From Candidatus Aenigmarchaeota archaeon LH_S6 (GTDB lineage: Archaea > Aenigmatarchaeota > Aenigmatarchaeia > QMZS01), in NCBI GenBank assembly GCA_023659935.1, contig JAGXOK010000001.1:9569-73568 (forward strand): a stretch of 64,000 nt of DNA. Direction: 5' to 3'. This document shows, piece after piece, positions 1-10,521 of the stretch (its first letter is position 1; each line of letters starts with the position of its first letter). The notes beneath the pieces are model-generated. The model had not been told where the DNA came from. It searched no databases and saw only the letters and a list, made by a program, of their open reading frames with translations. A program made the position numbers and the translations under genes.

Positions 1-48
1 AGGGGTGGTTGATAGCCCCGAATGTTCATTGTATAAAAAGGTGAAAAA

Positions 49-1506
49 ATGAAAAAAATAAATATATTTGGAAAACAAATTTCAGCAATAATTTTAGGAT
101 TAACCTTAATGGCAGCTTTGGCTTCAGCAGGTCTTTTGACTTATTTCGGGATGATTACAGGAACAGCAGAGGTTAGCCAATCAGTAACTTTAGATAATAA
201 GCAATGCGGTGGATCTTTCCCAGAATGTATAGTAGAAGGAGCATGGAATGGAGCTACTACAGCAGGAAATACAATTATAGACGCACACAACTTAAGCAAT
301 AATGCAGAAGTTCCAGCAACAGTAGACTTCAACACAACTTGTGAGAATTCAATAGGGGCTGATAGTTTATCACCAAGTACAGATGAATACATAGATTGGG
401 CAACTCATTGTGATGGAATAACAACAAGATATGTAGAGTACTTTGACGATGCAGGAGCAGATTTGAATAGTTATGAAGCACCAGCAACAGCAGATTGTGA
501 TATAACAGTAGATACTTCTGGAAGTATTCAAACTGCAATAAGTGGTGCAAATTCTGGCGATACAATTTGTGTGGAAGCGGGGACTTATGATGAGACAATA
601 CTGATAAATAAAAATGTAAACCTTGCAGGGGCAGGCACTGATAATACAACTATTGACGCATCAGGTGTAGAAGTGCAGGCGGCAATAAATGCCTACTCCC
701 AGTCCTCCGTCTCTGCCGTAGCGATTACCGCGAGTGATGTCACATTTCAGGGTTTTACAGTGAAGAATGCTGGAGTAGGTGTTTCTGGTGTTGACGCTAG
801 AGGCATATTCGTAGGTGGACAGTCAGATCTCACTGGTGTCAAACTGCTGAATAACAAAGTGATAAATAGCGAAGCTAGTGGAATACAGGTCCAATACGCT
901 GAGGTCGAGGTAAAGGATAACGAGGTGACCAACAACCAGTGGGACGGCTTTGTAAGCTTTAACCTCGAGATTAGCACCATCTCGGATAATATCTTCTCCA
1001 ACAACGGACCTAGCGAGCAAGAAGGTTGGAACGATGCTGGGATAGAAGTCGGATTGGTTGACGGCGCTACTGTAGCCATTTCCAGCAATACCATAAAGAA
1101 TAATGGAGGTAGTGGCCAGTCCAATGGTGTCGGCATTTACCTCAGAGAGGGCATCACTGCCAATGAAGATGTCACCATTGAGCAGAATGTCATCAACACG
1201 AACGGAGACTATGGCATCCTATCTAAAGCCAACCCTTCCAAGATAGATATCCACTACAACAACATTGTCAATAATGGTGAATACGGTGTAAAGAATAACA
1301 TAGCGAATGACCTTGATGCCACCAATAACTGGTGGGGCACAGATGGTATAAGTGTTTCAGAAAATGTAAATGCAGATTGGATGACAAAGACAGATATGAC
1401 ATTGGCAGCAGGAGAAACAGATTACTTCGGAATAGTTAACGAATTCGATATTGCTTTGATTCCAGATAGCTATACAATAAGAACAAAAGTTATTCCAGTA
1501 CAGTAA
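49..1506 (+). CDS. Secreted right-handed parallel beta-helix (pectin-lyase-like/NosD-like) surface protein
   Basis: N-terminal hydrophobic signal; SIQTAISGANSGDTICVEAGTYDE start motif; repeated N-x-I-x-N-N beta-helix units; C-terminal DATNNWWG; GGTGA RBS upstream. Confidence 0.8.
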   Translation: MKKINIFGKQISAIILGLTLMAALASAGLLTYFGMITGTAEVSQSVTLDNKQCGGSFPECIVEGAWNGATTAGNTIIDAHNLSNNAEVPATVDFNTTCENSIGADSLSPSTDEYIDWATHCDGITTRYVEYFDDAGADLNSYEAPATADCDITVDTSGSIQTAISGANSGDTICVEAGTYDETILINKNVNLAGAGTDNTTIDASGVEVQAAINAYSQSSVSAVAITASDVTFQGFTVKNAGVGVSGVDARGIFVGGQSDLTGVKLLNNKVINSEASGIQVQYAEVEVKDNEVTNNQWDGFVSFNLEISTISDNIFSNNGPSEQEGWNDAGIEVGLVDGATVAISSNTIKNNGGSGQSNGVGIYLREGITANEDVTIEQNVINTNGDYGILSKANPSKIDIHYNNIVNNGEYGVKNNIANDLDATNNWWGTDGISVSENVNADWMTKTDMTLAAGETDYFGIVNEFDIALIPDSYTIRTKVIPVQ

Positions 1507-1602
1507 GTTTGGTAAACTAAATAGCTGAAAAAGATTTTTTTTTCTTTTTTTTTAATTTTTTAAATTTAAAATGCTGAAAACCCGAGAGGGGATAAATTTA
1601 AT

Positions 1603-3966
1603 ATGAGAGGAAAAACCAGGAAGTTTAGGGTAAATTTAAATTTATTTGCAGTCCTGTTTATCTCTTTTTTTCTTGTTAATATTGGTTTTGGTGCCACTTT
1701 GGATTCCTATGGGACAGTTTCCGGCACAATTACAATTTTGGATAATGTCCCGCCGGAAATTTCAAATGTTACTTATCTTGTTGCGACCCCTGGAGAGCCA
1801 AATAACAGGAGTGTAATAATTAGGTGGGAAACAGGTGAAAAGGCAGATTCTACTGTTGAATTTTTGGAAGGGGGGAGTTGGTCTGTTAAGGCAAGTAATT
1901 CTTCTTTTGTTGAAAACCACAAAATAAAAATCTCCGGGCTTTCTGAAGGAAACTACACTTTCAGAGTAAATAGTTCAGATGATGAAGGCAATAGTGCAGT
2001 TTCTGGTAATTACAGTTTCACAATTGAAAAGATGAAAGAAATTAGTGGGCATGTTGTGATTAATGAAATAAGTTTAGGGGCAAATAATTTTGAATGGGTG
2101 GAATTGTATAATCCCACAGAAGAAGATATAAATTTTAGTGAAAAAGTTCATCTTGTATATTATTCTTCAGGCAGGGATTGGAATGATTCTTATAGACCTG
2201 CAGAAAAGAAATTATCTGGAATTATTCCTGCCAAAGGTTTTTATTTGGTTAAAATTGATGGGAATGGCACAACTGGAAAACCAGATTTAGAACCAACTCC
2301 AGATTATGACTGGGATTATAAGGGAGATGCAGATACTTTATCTAATAGCGATGGCACAGTAGCAATTTTCCCTTTTGACCCAGACATAAAAAACGCTGAA
2401 GTAGCAAAAACAGGAAGAATAGATGCTGTTGCTTGGGGTGAAGTAAATCTTAAAGAAGGCTCTTCTGCACTAGTCCCACAAAAAAATAAAAGTATTGAAA
2501 GAAAACTCCATGGCTATGATACAGATAACAATTCCGCAGATTTTGTTATCAGGGAAACACCAACCCCGACAAATTCAAGCCCTCAACAAGTGCAAGAAGC
2601 AGATATTGTTTTAAACGAGTTCCTGCCAATTGCCGGGAATTATTCTGAATTTATTGAATTTTACAATAAAGGAAGTGGCTCTGCAAATATGGAAAACTGG
2701 ACAATTGAAACAAACAACCACAACATTACAATAAATGAAAGTATTCTGTTGGCTGGATTTGAAAACACAACGATTGGAGCAGAGGGTTCTGACAGTGAAT
2801 GGCTTGTTATTGATTTATCAAAAGTTGGGGGTAATTTACTTAGAGAAAATGACACAATAACTCTTTATGATAATGAAAGCAGGGAAATAGATAAAGTATC
2901 CTACACAAATGCGACAATGCAGGATAAATCTTATGCAAGAATGCCCGATGGAGAGCCAAACTGGGTTGACCCACTTCCTACTCCAGGGAAACCCAATAAA
3001 CTGGAAAATCAAATAATAGGGGAACAGATTAATGAAACAGGAGGAAATCAAACCGTAAACCAATCTATCAATAATACTGCAAATCAGACTTATAACATGA
3101 CCAATCTAACTTCAAACCAGACAGAAGGAAATGACACAAATTTAACAGAAAATATAACTTATAACGGAACAAATCAGACAAATTCAACCTGTAAAGAAAA
3201 CCAAACTGGAAATCAGACAGAAGGAGCAAATGAAACCAAGCCAAGAATAACAATAATTTCTCCTGAAAATAAAATTTATAACCTTACAGAAATAGAATTA
3301 ATTGTTGAAACTAGAGGAGAAATCCAGGAATTGTGGTATTCTTTGAATAATGAGGAAAATGTGAGCTTTGAAGCAAATACAACAATAAATACCCGAGAAG
3401 AAACAAATTATCTTGTTGTCTATACAAACACAAGTTTTGGGGTTATAAATGAAGAAGTATATTTCTCTGTTAATATTTCCGGGGAGGATTTGGGTAAGGG
3501 TGAAGAAGACTTAACTAATAACTTAACAAACCAGAGTAATCAAACACAAAACAATCAACCAGATAATGATACTATTTCTCCAGATGTAAGTAACACTTCA
3601 AATAATTCAGTTACACAAGGAAATGACTCAGATGAGATAAACAATCAATCAAATACTCCTGAGGAGATGGAAATGGTTGAGGAGGATTCTGGGGAAGAGG
3701 AGCCTTTAGATGACAAACAGGAGGAAACAGGAGAAAGTGAGCAGGTACATTCTTCAGAAGAAGAATTACAGGAAGAAACTGGTTCTGAAGAAGAAGGAAA
3801 TTCAGATGTTGAAAAAGACGATAAAATTGAGGATGAAAGGAAAACTGCGAAAGTTGAAGAAGAAGTTGAGGGTGTTGAAATGGTTAATAATGTAGATCCG
3901 GAGGAGGAAACCGAAGAATATAAAAAAGAAGTTAAGGAAGCTGTAGGTTCAGGGGGTGGAAAATGA
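1603..3966 (+). CDS. Secreted surface glycoprotein with FN3-like and two lamin-tail domains, acidic tail
   Basis: Signal peptide; VVINEI..EWVELYNP and IVLNEF..EFIEFYN..PTPG lamin-tail motifs; many N-x-T/S sequons; Glu-rich C-terminus. Confidence 0.75.
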   Translation: MRGKTRKFRVNLNLFAVLFISFFLVNIGFGATLDSYGTVSGTITILDNVPPEISNVTYLVATPGEPNNRSVIIRWETGEKADSTVEFLEGGSWSVKASNSSFVENHKIKISGLSEGNYTFRVNSSDDEGNSAVSGNYSFTIEKMKEISGHVVINEISLGANNFEWVELYNPTEEDINFSEKVHLVYYSSGRDWNDSYRPAEKKLSGIIPAKGFYLVKIDGNGTTGKPDLEPTPDYDWDYKGDADTLSNSDGTVAIFPFDPDIKNAEVAKTGRIDAVAWGEVNLKEGSSALVPQKNKSIERKLHGYDTDNNSADFVIRETPTPTNSSPQQVQEADIVLNEFLPIAGNYSEFIEFYNKGSGSANMENWTIETNNHNITINESILLAGFENTTIGAEGSDSEWLVIDLSKVGGNLLRENDTITLYDNESREIDKVSYTNATMQDKSYARMPDGEPNWVDPLPTPGKPNKLENQIIGEQINETGGNQTVNQSINNTANQTYNMTNLTSNQTEGNDTNLTENITYNGTNQTNSTCKENQTGNQTEGANETKPRITIISPENKIYNLTEIELIVETRGEIQELWYSLNNEENVSFEANTTINTREETNYLVVYTNTSFGVINEEVYFSVNISGEDLGKGEEDLTNNLTNQSNQTQNNQPDNDTISPDVSNTSNNSVTQGNDSDEINNQSNTPEEMEMVEEDSGEEEPLDDKQEETGESEQVHSSEEELQEETGSEEEGNSDVEKDDKIEDERKTAKVEEEVEGVEMVNNVDPEEETEEYKKEVKEAVGSGGGK

Positions 3967-5756
3967 AGAATAAATTTTTTTTGATTGGATTAATCACAAT
4001 TTTGCTAGTTTCAAATATTAATTTTGCTTCTGAAATTTATCCTTCTATTTATGATAACATTAAAGTGGAAAAGAGCATCTCTGAGAGTCTTGTTGCAGGC
4101 TCAACAGACCAGATTAAAATCTCTTTTGAAAGTTTAGTCCCAGTAAATAACACACTAGTTGTAATGGTAAATATTAGTTCTGAAATACCAATAGAGTCAA
4201 ATGATTTTCAAATAAAAGGAAAATTAAATTCAACAATTATAAATACAGATTACTCAGAAATAAAAAATTTTTCCTGCTCTCAACTAAGCACAAAACCGGG
4301 AATATTTTACTGCCTGAATCTAACTGATATAGAAGTAAAAAATTGTTATGAACAAGGAAATATAACAATTTGTAATGTTACTGGAAATAAAACAAATCCA
4401 GTTTTACCTTTATCTGAAAATAAACTAATTTTAAATGTAACTCCAAATATAGCTCTAAAACCAGTGGATTATTCTTTTAAGGTCGGACTTTTTTCCGGGA
4501 TAAGAATTGAGAATATATTAAAAGAAAATCAAACTATAACTTTAAGGAAAAATATATCAAACTCTACAAAATTCTTAAATGAACTTTTGGAACTTAATCT
4601 AACTTCAGAAGAAAATAAAACCATATCTTTAAATTTAACTTTCTACAATCTTAGTTTGAAAAACTTAAACCTGCCCGGGATTTCAATTCCTATTTTATTT
4701 GACCTTTCTGCAAATGACACAGAGAACCTATCAAATATAGAGATAAATATTAATTACAGTAAAATTGGATTACCTTCAAATTTTAATGAATCCAGTATGG
4801 AATTATACTATTATAATAAGACCACCTACACTTGGGAGAAAATAGAAGATTATAGTGTAAATAAAACCGGAAAATATATCTGGGCAAAGTTACCTCATTT
4901 AAGTTTATATGGAGCATTTGGAGAGAAAATTATTATTCCAGATATTTATACTGCAGGTGGAGGTCACCCTGTAGAATTAAGAAAATCCTATTTAACAATA
5001 ACCCCAACAGGAGCAACAATGGAGCAAAATAAAACCAGAGATTTTGAGATAGAAGTCAGAAATATTGGGAACAGGGATATAGAAAGTTTTGAAGTGGTTG
5101 CAGAGGATTCTGAAGTAGAAAAATGGATTAATATAACTCCAAGTGAGGAAAAATTAGGGGTTGGAGAGATAAAATTCTGGACAATGACAGTTTCTGTCCC
5201 CTCTGAGGCAGAACCTGGAGTTAAAGGTTTCACAATTTATGCAAAAGGAGATAAACTCTCTTTATCTGTTAATTTTACCTTAACAATTGTAAAGAAACCA
5301 GAAGTTTTTATAAAAGAAGAAAAACCAGAAATTCCTGAAAATATAACTGGTCTGGCTCCAACCAACCTAACAGTTGTAATCAATGATGGAGTAGAAACAA
5401 CAAATTCCAGAAATGTAACTTTAACTTTCTCAGCAACAAATGCAACACAATGCAGATTGAATAATGATGGAATAAGCTGGAGTAACTGGTTCAATTATAC
5501 AAAAACAAGAGATTGGACTTTATCAGAAGCCCCGGGAACAAAAACAGTTTATTACCAGTGCAGGAATAAATTTGGTAATTCAACAATTGTTTATGACACA
5601 ATAGATTTTGTTGCTCCAAAAACAACTCTCCCAACAGGTTATGCTATTTTAACAAACCCTGCTATTTTAGGTTCAATAATTGGAGGAATTTTATTGGCAA
5701 TATTGGCTTTCTTGAGGTATAGAAGAAAACTTGGGATAAACAAGGAGTTAAAATAA
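3963..5756 (+). CDS. Membrane-anchored surface protein with Ig-like domains
   Basis: Signal peptide; LYYYN..WE..HLSLY segment; PTGYAI motif followed by C-terminal TM helix and basic tail; ATGA overlap with upstream gene. Confidence 0.65.
   Translation: MKNKFFLIGLITILLVSNINFASEIYPSIYDNIKVEKSISESLVAGSTDQIKISFESLVPVNNTLVVMVNISSEIPIESNDFQIKGKLNSTIINTDYSEIKNFSCSQLSTKPGIFYCLNLTDIEVKNCYEQGNITICNVTGNKTNPVLPLSENKLILNVTPNIALKPVDYSFKVGLFSGIRIENILKENQTITLRKNISNSTKFLNELLELNLTSEENKTISLNLTFYNLSLKNLNLPGISIPILFDLSANDTENLSNIEININYSKIGLPSNFNESSMELYYYNKTTYTWEKIEDYSVNKTGKYIWAKLPHLSLYGAFGEKIIIPDIYTAGGGHPVELRKSYLTITPTGATMEQNKTRDFEIEVRNIGNRDIESFEVVAEDSEVEKWINITPSEEKLGVGEIKFWTMTVSVPSEAEPGVKGFTIYAKGDKLSLSVNFTLTIVKKPEVFIKEEKPEIPENITGLAPTNLTVVINDGVETTNSRNVTLTFSATNATQCRLNNDGISWSNWFNYTKTRDWTLSEAPGTKTVYYQCRNKFGNSTIVYDTIDFVAPKTTLPTGYAILTNPAILGSIIGGILLAILAFLRYRRKLGINKELK
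5727..5756 (+). repeat. 30-bp direct repeat, copy 1 (gene 3' end)
   Basis: aaacttgggataaacaaggagttaaaataa identical to 7688-7717. Confidence 0.9.
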
Positions 5757-5927
5757 TGTGGGAAAATATTTATATTATACCCCCAAAGGAGTTGGGTAAA
5801 GAAAATAACACAAATGAAATTCTAGCAATTTTCTTATACAAGAAAAAGGATTTAAAAAAATTGAAATAAAGCAATATACCTATCCAGTTTCAAAAATTAT
5901 AAATAGTTAAGTTTACATTTATTATTT

Positions 5928-6647
5928 ATGGGAATTGCAACTAAATTAAAAGAATATGTTGAGGATGGTGAAGTCTTAACCTATGAAATTATTAAAGATT
6001 TCAATCTCACCTCTGAAACCTCCCTGAAAGTTATTCTTTCAAATATGATTAAAATGAAAATCATTTTATCTCCTAAAAAAGGAGTTTATGTGTCTAAAAA
6101 TTTTAATCCTTTTAAAATTGCCCCCATCTTAGAGCCAGGATATATTACATTAACCACAGCATTTTATCATTACAATTTCATCTCCGAATATCCTTTCAAT
6201 ATATATGTTGGGGCTAAAAAATGGGCGGAGTATAGTTTGGGCAATTATAAATTTATTTATTTCCCCACCACAAATTTCAAATTTATTGACTTGGAAAGTA
6301 AAATTGCATTACCGGAAAAAGCTATATATGATTCTTTAAAATATTATAAAATTGTCCCTTTCAAGAAAACATTAGAAGCAATCCATCATGCAAGAAAGGT
6401 AAATTGGGATAATTTCTTGGCACTACTTTCTGAAGAAAAATCTTCTTTTTTACAAAGAACAGGTTATTTATTTTCAATTCTACCAAAAAAAAATAAAAAG
6501 ATTAAAGAAGTAATAATTTTCTGCAAACAAAACATGAATAAAGAATCTAAAATTTATCTTTTTGGAAGAAGTAAAGGAACTTTTATAGAAGAATGGAATA
6601 TTATAGATAATATTAGGGAAGAGGAATTATTATCATGGTGGAAATAG
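5928..6647 (+). CDS. Type IV TA antitoxin, AbiEi-like transcriptional regulator
   Basis: wHTH N-terminus, KKGVY, GYITLTTAFYHYNFISEYP and ALPEKAIYD motifs; overlaps downstream NTase. Confidence 0.8.
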   Translation: MGIATKLKEYVEDGEVLTYEIIKDFNLTSETSLKVILSNMIKMKIILSPKKGVYVSKNFNPFKIAPILEPGYITLTTAFYHYNFISEYPFNIYVGAKKWAEYSLGNYKFIYFPTTNFKFIDLESKIALPEKAIYDSLKYYKIVPFKKTLEAIHHARKVNWDNFLALLSEEKSSFLQRTGYLFSILPKKNKKIKEVIIFCKQNMNKESKIYLFGRSKGTFIEEWNIIDNIREEELLSWWK

Positions 6648-7318
6648 TTTTTAATAAAGAAGAAATAAAAAAATATTCAGCAGAGGCTGGTTTAGGATTC
6701 AATTTTATAGTAAAGGAAGCTTTTTTATTTTCAATCCTGGATGTTTTGAGAGATTATGATATTGTGTTGAAAGGAGGCACCGCAATAAACAAAATATTCC
6801 TTAAAGATAAACAAAGATTTTCAGAGGATTTGGATTTTGATACGAATTTAGGTCTAAAAGAAATAACGCAGATATTGCAAAAAGAAAAATTGAAAATAAA
6901 GAAGAGATATTATACAAAACATGCTCATGGTTTTGAAATTGCTTACACCTATGAAAACATAAAAGATGTTATTAGACTGGATTTTTCAATGCCAATAAAA
7001 GGTAATTGTTCTATTTCTACTTTAAAATCTGAGTTTTTACCTTTATCTATAAGATTTAGAGCTTATACTTTGAAGGAACTAATAAAACAGAAAGAAACAA
7101 CTTTCTTAAATAGAAAGGAGTGGAAAGATTTATATGATCTCTTCTGGATTTCAAAATTTTACCCAGACCAATTTAAAATTTCGGACAAAAAAAAATTTAT
7201 AGAAATTTTAAGTAAAATCAAAGTTCCAAAAATTGCAAATGCCTATATACCATTAAAAAATAGAATTGAGGGGAGGATTATAATTGAAGAATTTTTAAAG
7301 ACACTAACCAAAAAATAA
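6635..7318 (+). CDS. AbiEii/AbiGii-family nucleotidyltransferase toxin
   Basis: LKGGTAI, RFSEDLDF and KDLYDL motifs. Confidence 0.9.
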   Translation: MVEIVFNKEEIKKYSAEAGLGFNFIVKEAFLFSILDVLRDYDIVLKGGTAINKIFLKDKQRFSEDLDFDTNLGLKEITQILQKEKLKIKKRYYTKHAHGFEIAYTYENIKDVIRLDFSMPIKGNCSISTLKSEFLPLSIRFRAYTLKELIKQKETTFLNRKEWKDLYDLFWISKFYPDQFKISDKKKFIEILSKIKVPKIANAYIPLKNRIEGRIIIEEFLKTLTKK

Positions 7319-7369
7319 TAAAAATGTTTCAGCTGTGGCAATCCTGCTAATCTTATACTTAACCAAAGG

Positions 7370-7676
7370 CAAGAAAACTCCCGATTTAAATCGTGTAGCT
7401 CAATTGTCCTTCAATACTTTTAAAACATAATTAAATATGGACATACAGGTCCTGTATTGTCTTCTGGGTATATCTTGGAAGACGGGGTTGCTGACCCTAC
7501 AATAGTGAAATAAGGCGTCTGAAAAAAGTGACTCAGCCCTAAACTAAAGCGTGTCAGATCAAAACCTCTGCTATGGTAAGTTTTGTTAGCGACTTTAGAA
7601 CCTCGTTAGCCTTCTGTATTCAAAACAGTGTTTTGGTTAAGGAAGCTCCTGAATTTATTCAGGGAGAGGAAGTCAC
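7370..7676 (+). mobile_element. Non-autonomous IS200/IS605-family mini-element A (no ORF)
   Basis: Left-end-like caagaaaactcccgatttaaatcgtgtagctcaat; right end ggaagctcctgaatttattcagggagaggaagtcac (hairpin + GTCAC) typical of tnpB elements. Confidence 0.7.
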
Positions 7677-7687
7677 TGTACAAAAAG

Positions 7688-7717
7688 AAACTTGGGATAA
7701 ACAAGGAGTTAAAATAA
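7688..7717 (+). repeat. 30-bp direct repeat, copy 2
   Basis: Identical to 5727-5756. Confidence 0.9.
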
Positions 7718-7750
7718 AGTGATTGTTGATAATAATTAAAATACAATATT

Positions 7751-7966
7751 ATGCCTGAAGATATTTCCAATAATAATGTTATCACAGAAAATGAGCATAA
7801 GTTTATAAAAGTATATTCAGATATCCCTGTAAGTTTAAGGAGAGAAATTATCCTTGTTATAGATGATGAACCACTCACTTGGAATGCTGCTTATGTGGAA
7901 ATTAAAAACAGGACAAAATTAGGAGAAAGGATATTGGGTAAATTAATAGAGTTGGAGTTTATATAG
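7751..7966 (+). CDS. Small hypothetical protein
   Basis: 71-aa ORF with ttATG start, ends 3 nt before gatD. Confidence 0.65.
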   Translation: MPEDISNNNVITENEHKFIKVYSDIPVSLRREIILVIDDEPLTWNAAYVEIKNRTKLGERILGKLIELEFI

Positions 7967-7969
7967 ATT

Positions 7970-9253
7970 ATGGGTGGAAAATCAGTAAGAACAGGTGATT
8001 TTGTTGTTATTGAGAAAAATAATAATCAATGGAAAGGGATTATAATACAGGTTGGTAGAAATTTGATAACCTTGAAATTGAAATCAGGGTATAACATAGG
8101 AATTAGAGTTGATAATAAAACAAAAATAGAAAAGACCATAGGAGAAAAAATAGAGAAACACAAACCAGTAAAATTTGAATTAAAGTTTGATAAAACAAAA
8201 CCTTTAGTTTCTATCTTATCTGCAGGGGGGACAATTGCTTCCTCAATTGATTATAAAACAGGAGCAATCTCATCTTCTTATCCTGCAGAACAGTTGGTAA
8301 ATACTGTCCCAGAATTAGTTAATTTTGCAAACATAAAAACAGAAAAGATTTTAGAAGAAATGAGTGAAAATTTGATTCCAAAAGATTGGAAAAAAATTGC
8401 AAATTCTGTTTTTAAAGAGTTGAAAGAAAGTGAAGGAGTTATTATTACTCACGGAACTGATACTTTGAGTTATACTTCCTCAATGCTATCCTTTATGTTA
8501 AGAAATCTGAATAAACCGGTTGTGGTGACCTTTGCACAGAAAAGTTCTGATAGGGGTTCTTCAGACGCATCAATGAATTTAATTTGCTCTACAATAACAG
8601 CAACAAAAAATCTTGCAGAGGTAGTTGTTGTTGGTCATGGGACAGTAAGTGATGATTATTGTTTAATTAACAGGGGAACTAAAGTCAGAAAGATGCACTC
8701 AAGTCAGAGAAATACCTTTAGGCCAATAAATACCTATCCAATTGGAAAAGTTTATCCTAGCGAAAAAGTAGAGTTTTTAAGTAAATACAGAAAAAAGGAA
8801 GAGGTAAAAGAAGAGCCTTACTTAGATGACAAAATTGAAGAAAAGGTTGCAATAATTAAGGTTTATCCAGGAATTAATCCAGAAATAGTTGATTTTTATG
8901 TTGATAAAGGTTACAAAGGACTCATCCTGGAAGGAACAGGGTTAGGGCATGTTAATACCGGAGAGATATCAATGTTACCCCAGATAAAAAGGGCAATCGA
9001 GCAAGGAGTGATTGTAGGGATGACAACTCAAACAATCTATGGAAGAGTTAATCCTTATATTTATTCTCCTGCAAGAGTATTATCAAACTTGGGAGTGATT
9101 TATTTAGAGGATTTACTCCCGGAAACAGCTTATACAAAGTTGATGTGGGTTTTAGGCCATACTCAGAATAAAGAGGAAGTGAAAGAAATGATGCTGAAAG
9201 ATGTGGCAGGGGAATTTAATAAAAGACTGCAACCTAATCAATTTTTATATTAA
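7970..9253 (+). CDS. gatD: Glu-tRNA(Gln) amidotransferase subunit D
   Basis: LKLKSGYNIG N-domain; GGTIAS, HGTDT, QKSSDRGSSD and KMHSS asparaginase-type motifs. Confidence 0.95.
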   Translation: MGGKSVRTGDFVVIEKNNNQWKGIIIQVGRNLITLKLKSGYNIGIRVDNKTKIEKTIGEKIEKHKPVKFELKFDKTKPLVSILSAGGTIASSIDYKTGAISSSYPAEQLVNTVPELVNFANIKTEKILEEMSENLIPKDWKKIANSVFKELKESEGVIITHGTDTLSYTSSMLSFMLRNLNKPVVVTFAQKSSDRGSSDASMNLICSTITATKNLAEVVVVGHGTVSDDYCLINRGTKVRKMHSSQRNTFRPINTYPIGKVYPSEKVEFLSKYRKKEEVKEEPYLDDKIEEKVAIIKVYPGINPEIVDFYVDKGYKGLILEGTGLGHVNTGEISMLPQIKRAIEQGVIVGMTTQTIYGRVNPYIYSPARVLSNLGVIYLEDLLPETAYTKLMWVLGHTQNKEEVKEMMLKDVAGEFNKRLQPNQFLY

Positions 9254-9451
9254 GTGATTCCTGAATGACTTCTATTAAATTCTTTCCCAGTTACCTTTTT
9301 CTATCTGGGCTACTTTACATAAGATTCTCCAAAAAGTAACTCTGTGTAGTTAGGTATACACTTCATCGGGTGTGATTGTATGTGGTAAACTGCACCTTCT
9401 GGTTTTTTTCTTCTCTTGGAGGTACACGAATAACTGCCTTGGATATATTTT

Positions 9452-9700
9452 CTAAAGGAGAACCTTCTGAAGTAAAACTAACAACATTTGCTCCTTGTTC
9501 CCCCCTATCTTTGCAGCATTTAAGGGAAAATCTTCACCTGAAACTGAAAAAATAATGAGACTATCACCTTCTTCCAAAGCTATTTCTCCTCTATCTCTAA
9601 AAAAATATGTTGGTCTTTTCTTGTCTTTCTCAACACAATGAGAGAATCTGGTAGCAAACATAGAACCATACTCTCCTGAAAGTCCAGTTCCTACAATAAC
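9452..9700 (-). pseudogene. Fragment of SIS-domain (3-hexulose-6-phosphate isomerase-like) gene
   Basis: Frame reads VIVGTGLSGEYGSMFATRFSH...GDSLIIFSVSGE; no proper start; abuts truncated HEPN gene. Confidence 0.5.
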
Positions 9701-9888
9701 ATTGTTCTAAAGGAATGAAAAATTGAGTTATATGCAGATATTTCTGTAATTTCATATTCTTCTATTTTGTAAGTTTTATTTGCTGTATTCAAAAATCTTT
9801 CTGCAATTTTAATGGATTTCTGGATTCTTTCATTTGCTTTATAATCTTTTCTTATCAAACCTTTTTCCAAGCACTCTTTAAAGTTCAT
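9691..9888 (-). pseudogene. Truncated HEPN-domain toxin
   Basis: MNFKECLEKGLI...AYNSIFHSFR HEPN N-terminal half only (65 aa); coupled to MNT gene. Confidence 0.7.
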
Positions 9889-10430
9889 AATTCCACTCCT
9901 TTGATAAGAATATAATTTTTTAAAACACTATTTGAAAAAGAGTCATTTTTTTTCTTCATAGTTTCCCATTTATAATAAGGAATAACTGTGAGTTGAATTT
10001 CCTTATTGCTCTTATTTTTTATACTTATCAATTTTTTATTGTTTATATCTTTGTTTTCACCAATTACCAGAATATCAATATCACTTTTTTCATCAAAATT
10101 TCCAGAAGCATAACTTCCATATATTGCAAGAGAATCCTCGTTTTTAACAATTTCTTCTATTCCTAGTTCCTTTAAATATGTTAAATAGTAAGCCTTTTTG
10201 TATTCTCTTGAAATATAATTTTCATTGTCTAGTCTGAATAGTTTTAAATTGGCTTGTTTCTTTTCTTTTAAAATATTTTCTTTTCTGAGTAAATAACAGT
10301 AAGTTTTTGCACTGCCAACACTTATCCCTAATTCTCTTGACAATTTCCTTATATGAATCTCTCTTGATGGATTCTTTAAAAAGAATTCCAGGACCATGAA
10401 TCCAACAAATTTCCTGAATTCTGATAGCAT
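9885..10430 (-). CDS. HTH + minimal nucleotidyltransferase (MntA-type antitoxin)
   Basis: N-terminal HTH; YGSYASG..SDIDILVI motif. Confidence 0.9.
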   Translation of the reverse strand: MLSEFRKFVGFMVLEFFLKNPSREIHIRKLSRELGISVGSAKTYCYLLRKENILKEKKQANLKLFRLDNENYISREYKKAYYLTYLKELGIEEIVKNEDSLAIYGSYASGNFDEKSDIDILVIGENKDINNKKLISIKNKSNKEIQLTVIPYYKWETMKKKNDSFSNSVLKNYILIKGVEL

Positions 10431-10521
10431 AACATATTAAACAATTGTTTAATATAAAAAACATTTGTTATCTTAAATTATTCGTATCTGCTAATGGGGT
10501 TTCAATTTTTTAAAAAACGTA

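Noticed and set aside
1-20. ggggtggttga resembling an IS200/IS605 or IscB end
   Set aside because: Too short and cut by the window edge.
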